Shown here one piece after another: positions 63,023-64,000 of a DNA stretch of 64,000 nt. Every line of letters begins with the position of its first letter. The first letter of the stretch is position 1. The stretch is taken from the sequence record DRR723986_4811. One strand, given 5' to 3'. A program made the position numbers and the translations under genes. The notes beneath the pieces were generated by a model. The model saw only the letters and a program-made list of their open reading frames with translations. It had not been told where the DNA came from and made no database searches.

Positions 63023-64000
63023 TTAGAGGGTTACAGCCAGTCGGGTGGCTTGATTAATTGCGCGTTTGGCATCCAGTTCTGCAGCCACCGATGAACCACC
63101 CACCAAATGCACTGGTATGCCCAATGCTTCAATCGGTTCTACAAGTTCACGCAAGGGATCCTGGCCTGCACACACGACAATGTTGTCGACATTCAAAATT
63201 TCTGGGCCATGCGCGCTCATGATGTGCAATCCACGGTCGTCGATCTTCAAGTACTCCACACCTTGCATGAAGTGAACGCGCCGGCTTTTCAAGCTGGCCT
63301 TGTGCACCCAGCCCGATGTTTTACCCAGGCGCTTACCCAAGGGTTCGTCCTTGCGCTGGCACAGCCACACCTCACGCGCGGGTTTGGGTGGCTCGGCGTG
63401 TACCCCATCAATGCCACCTGCGTTTTTGGGGTCAAAGGTAATACCCCATTCCTTTTTCCAGCTTTCCAAATCCAGGGTTGGAGAAGGGTGGGAAAAGTCG
63501 TGCGTCAAGTATTCCGACACATCAAAGCCAATACCGCCAGCGCCAATCACAGCCACTTTCTTGCCTACTTCTTTTTTGTGTAACAGCACATCGATGTAGC
63601 TCAACACCTTGGGGTGATCAATGCCTTCGATACCTGGTGTGCGGGGCTTGATGCCGGTGGCCAGTATCACTTCATCGAAACGCTCTTTGGAGATTAGCTC
63701 AGCATCCACAGCGGTGTTCAGACGAACATCCACCTTCTTCAACTCCAGCTGGCGTCTGAAGTAGCTAATGGTTTCATGGAATTCTTCTTTGCCTGGAATT
63801 TGTTTGGCCATGTTGAACTGACCGCCAATTTCACCCGCTTTGTCGAACAAGGTGACGCTGTGCCCACGGCGAGCCAATTCAGTGGCAGCAGCCAGGCCCG
63901 CGGGGCCCGCACCCACCACCGCAATTTTCTTTTTGCGCTCCAATGGTTTGTCTACAATTTCCAGTTCATGGCAGGCACGCGGATTCACCAAACAAGACGC
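63023..64000 (-). CDS. fadH: NADPH-dependent 2,4-dienoyl-CoA reductase, C-terminal part (5' end outside window)
   Basis: CLVNPRACHE, GAGPAG, IPGKEEF.ET, GAGGIGFDV, ELDAKRAI. Confidence 0.93.
   Translation of the reverse strand, partial: ASCLVNPRACHELEIVDKPLERKKKIAVVGAGPAGLAAATELARRGHSVTLFDKAGEIGGQFNMAKQIPGKEEFHETISYFRRQLELKKVDVRLNTAVDAELISKERFDEVILATGIKPRTPGIEGIDHPKVLSYIDVLLHKKEVGKKVAVIGAGGIGFDVSEYLTHDFSHPSPTLDLESWKKEWGITFDPKNAGGIDGVHAEPPKPAREVWLCQRKDEPLGKRLGKTSGWVHKASLKSRRVHFMQGVEYLKIDDRGLHIMSAHGPEILNVDNIVVCAGQDPLRELVEPIEALGIPVHLVGGSSVAAELDAKRAINQATRLAVTL

Overview
Chromosomal window from a betaproteobacterium (Burkholderiales-type gene order; a Limnobacter-like organism is a guess, not a database result). 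Bases 1-34.4 kb are mostly core genes: nlpD-rlmD, yccA, ndk-rlmN-rodZ-ispG-hisS-yfgM-bamB-der, aroC, leuC-entericidin-leuD-leuB-asd-fimV-truA-trpFBA-accD-folC-dedD-cvpA-purF, lysC and tRNA-Ser(GCT). Several usual neighbours are absent here (rpoS, pilW, hfq-hflXKC, tilS). Downstream of the tRNA lie accessory modules: a histidine kinase / GacA-like regulator / lone receiver cluster with DUF1328 and BON genes, NorR-sigma54-controlled flavohemoglobin, two cyanophycin synthetase paralogues with a divergent ABC exporter and DUF1854, a stand-alone flhDC, hsp20 with a ROSE-like thermometer, pxpBCA, a DUF294 nucleotidyltransferase/exonuclease pair, selU and the end of a fadH operon. No integrase, transposase, prophage or CRISPR array was seen. 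The most interesting signals are: (1) the two CphA paralogues have reciprocally lost catalytic motifs, suggesting a split enzyme; (2) two stress-gene promoters share an exactly spaced GacA-box-like architecture while rpoS is missing from its usual locus; (3) two unannotated structured sRNA candidates. All calls come from motif recognition by eye, with no searches run.
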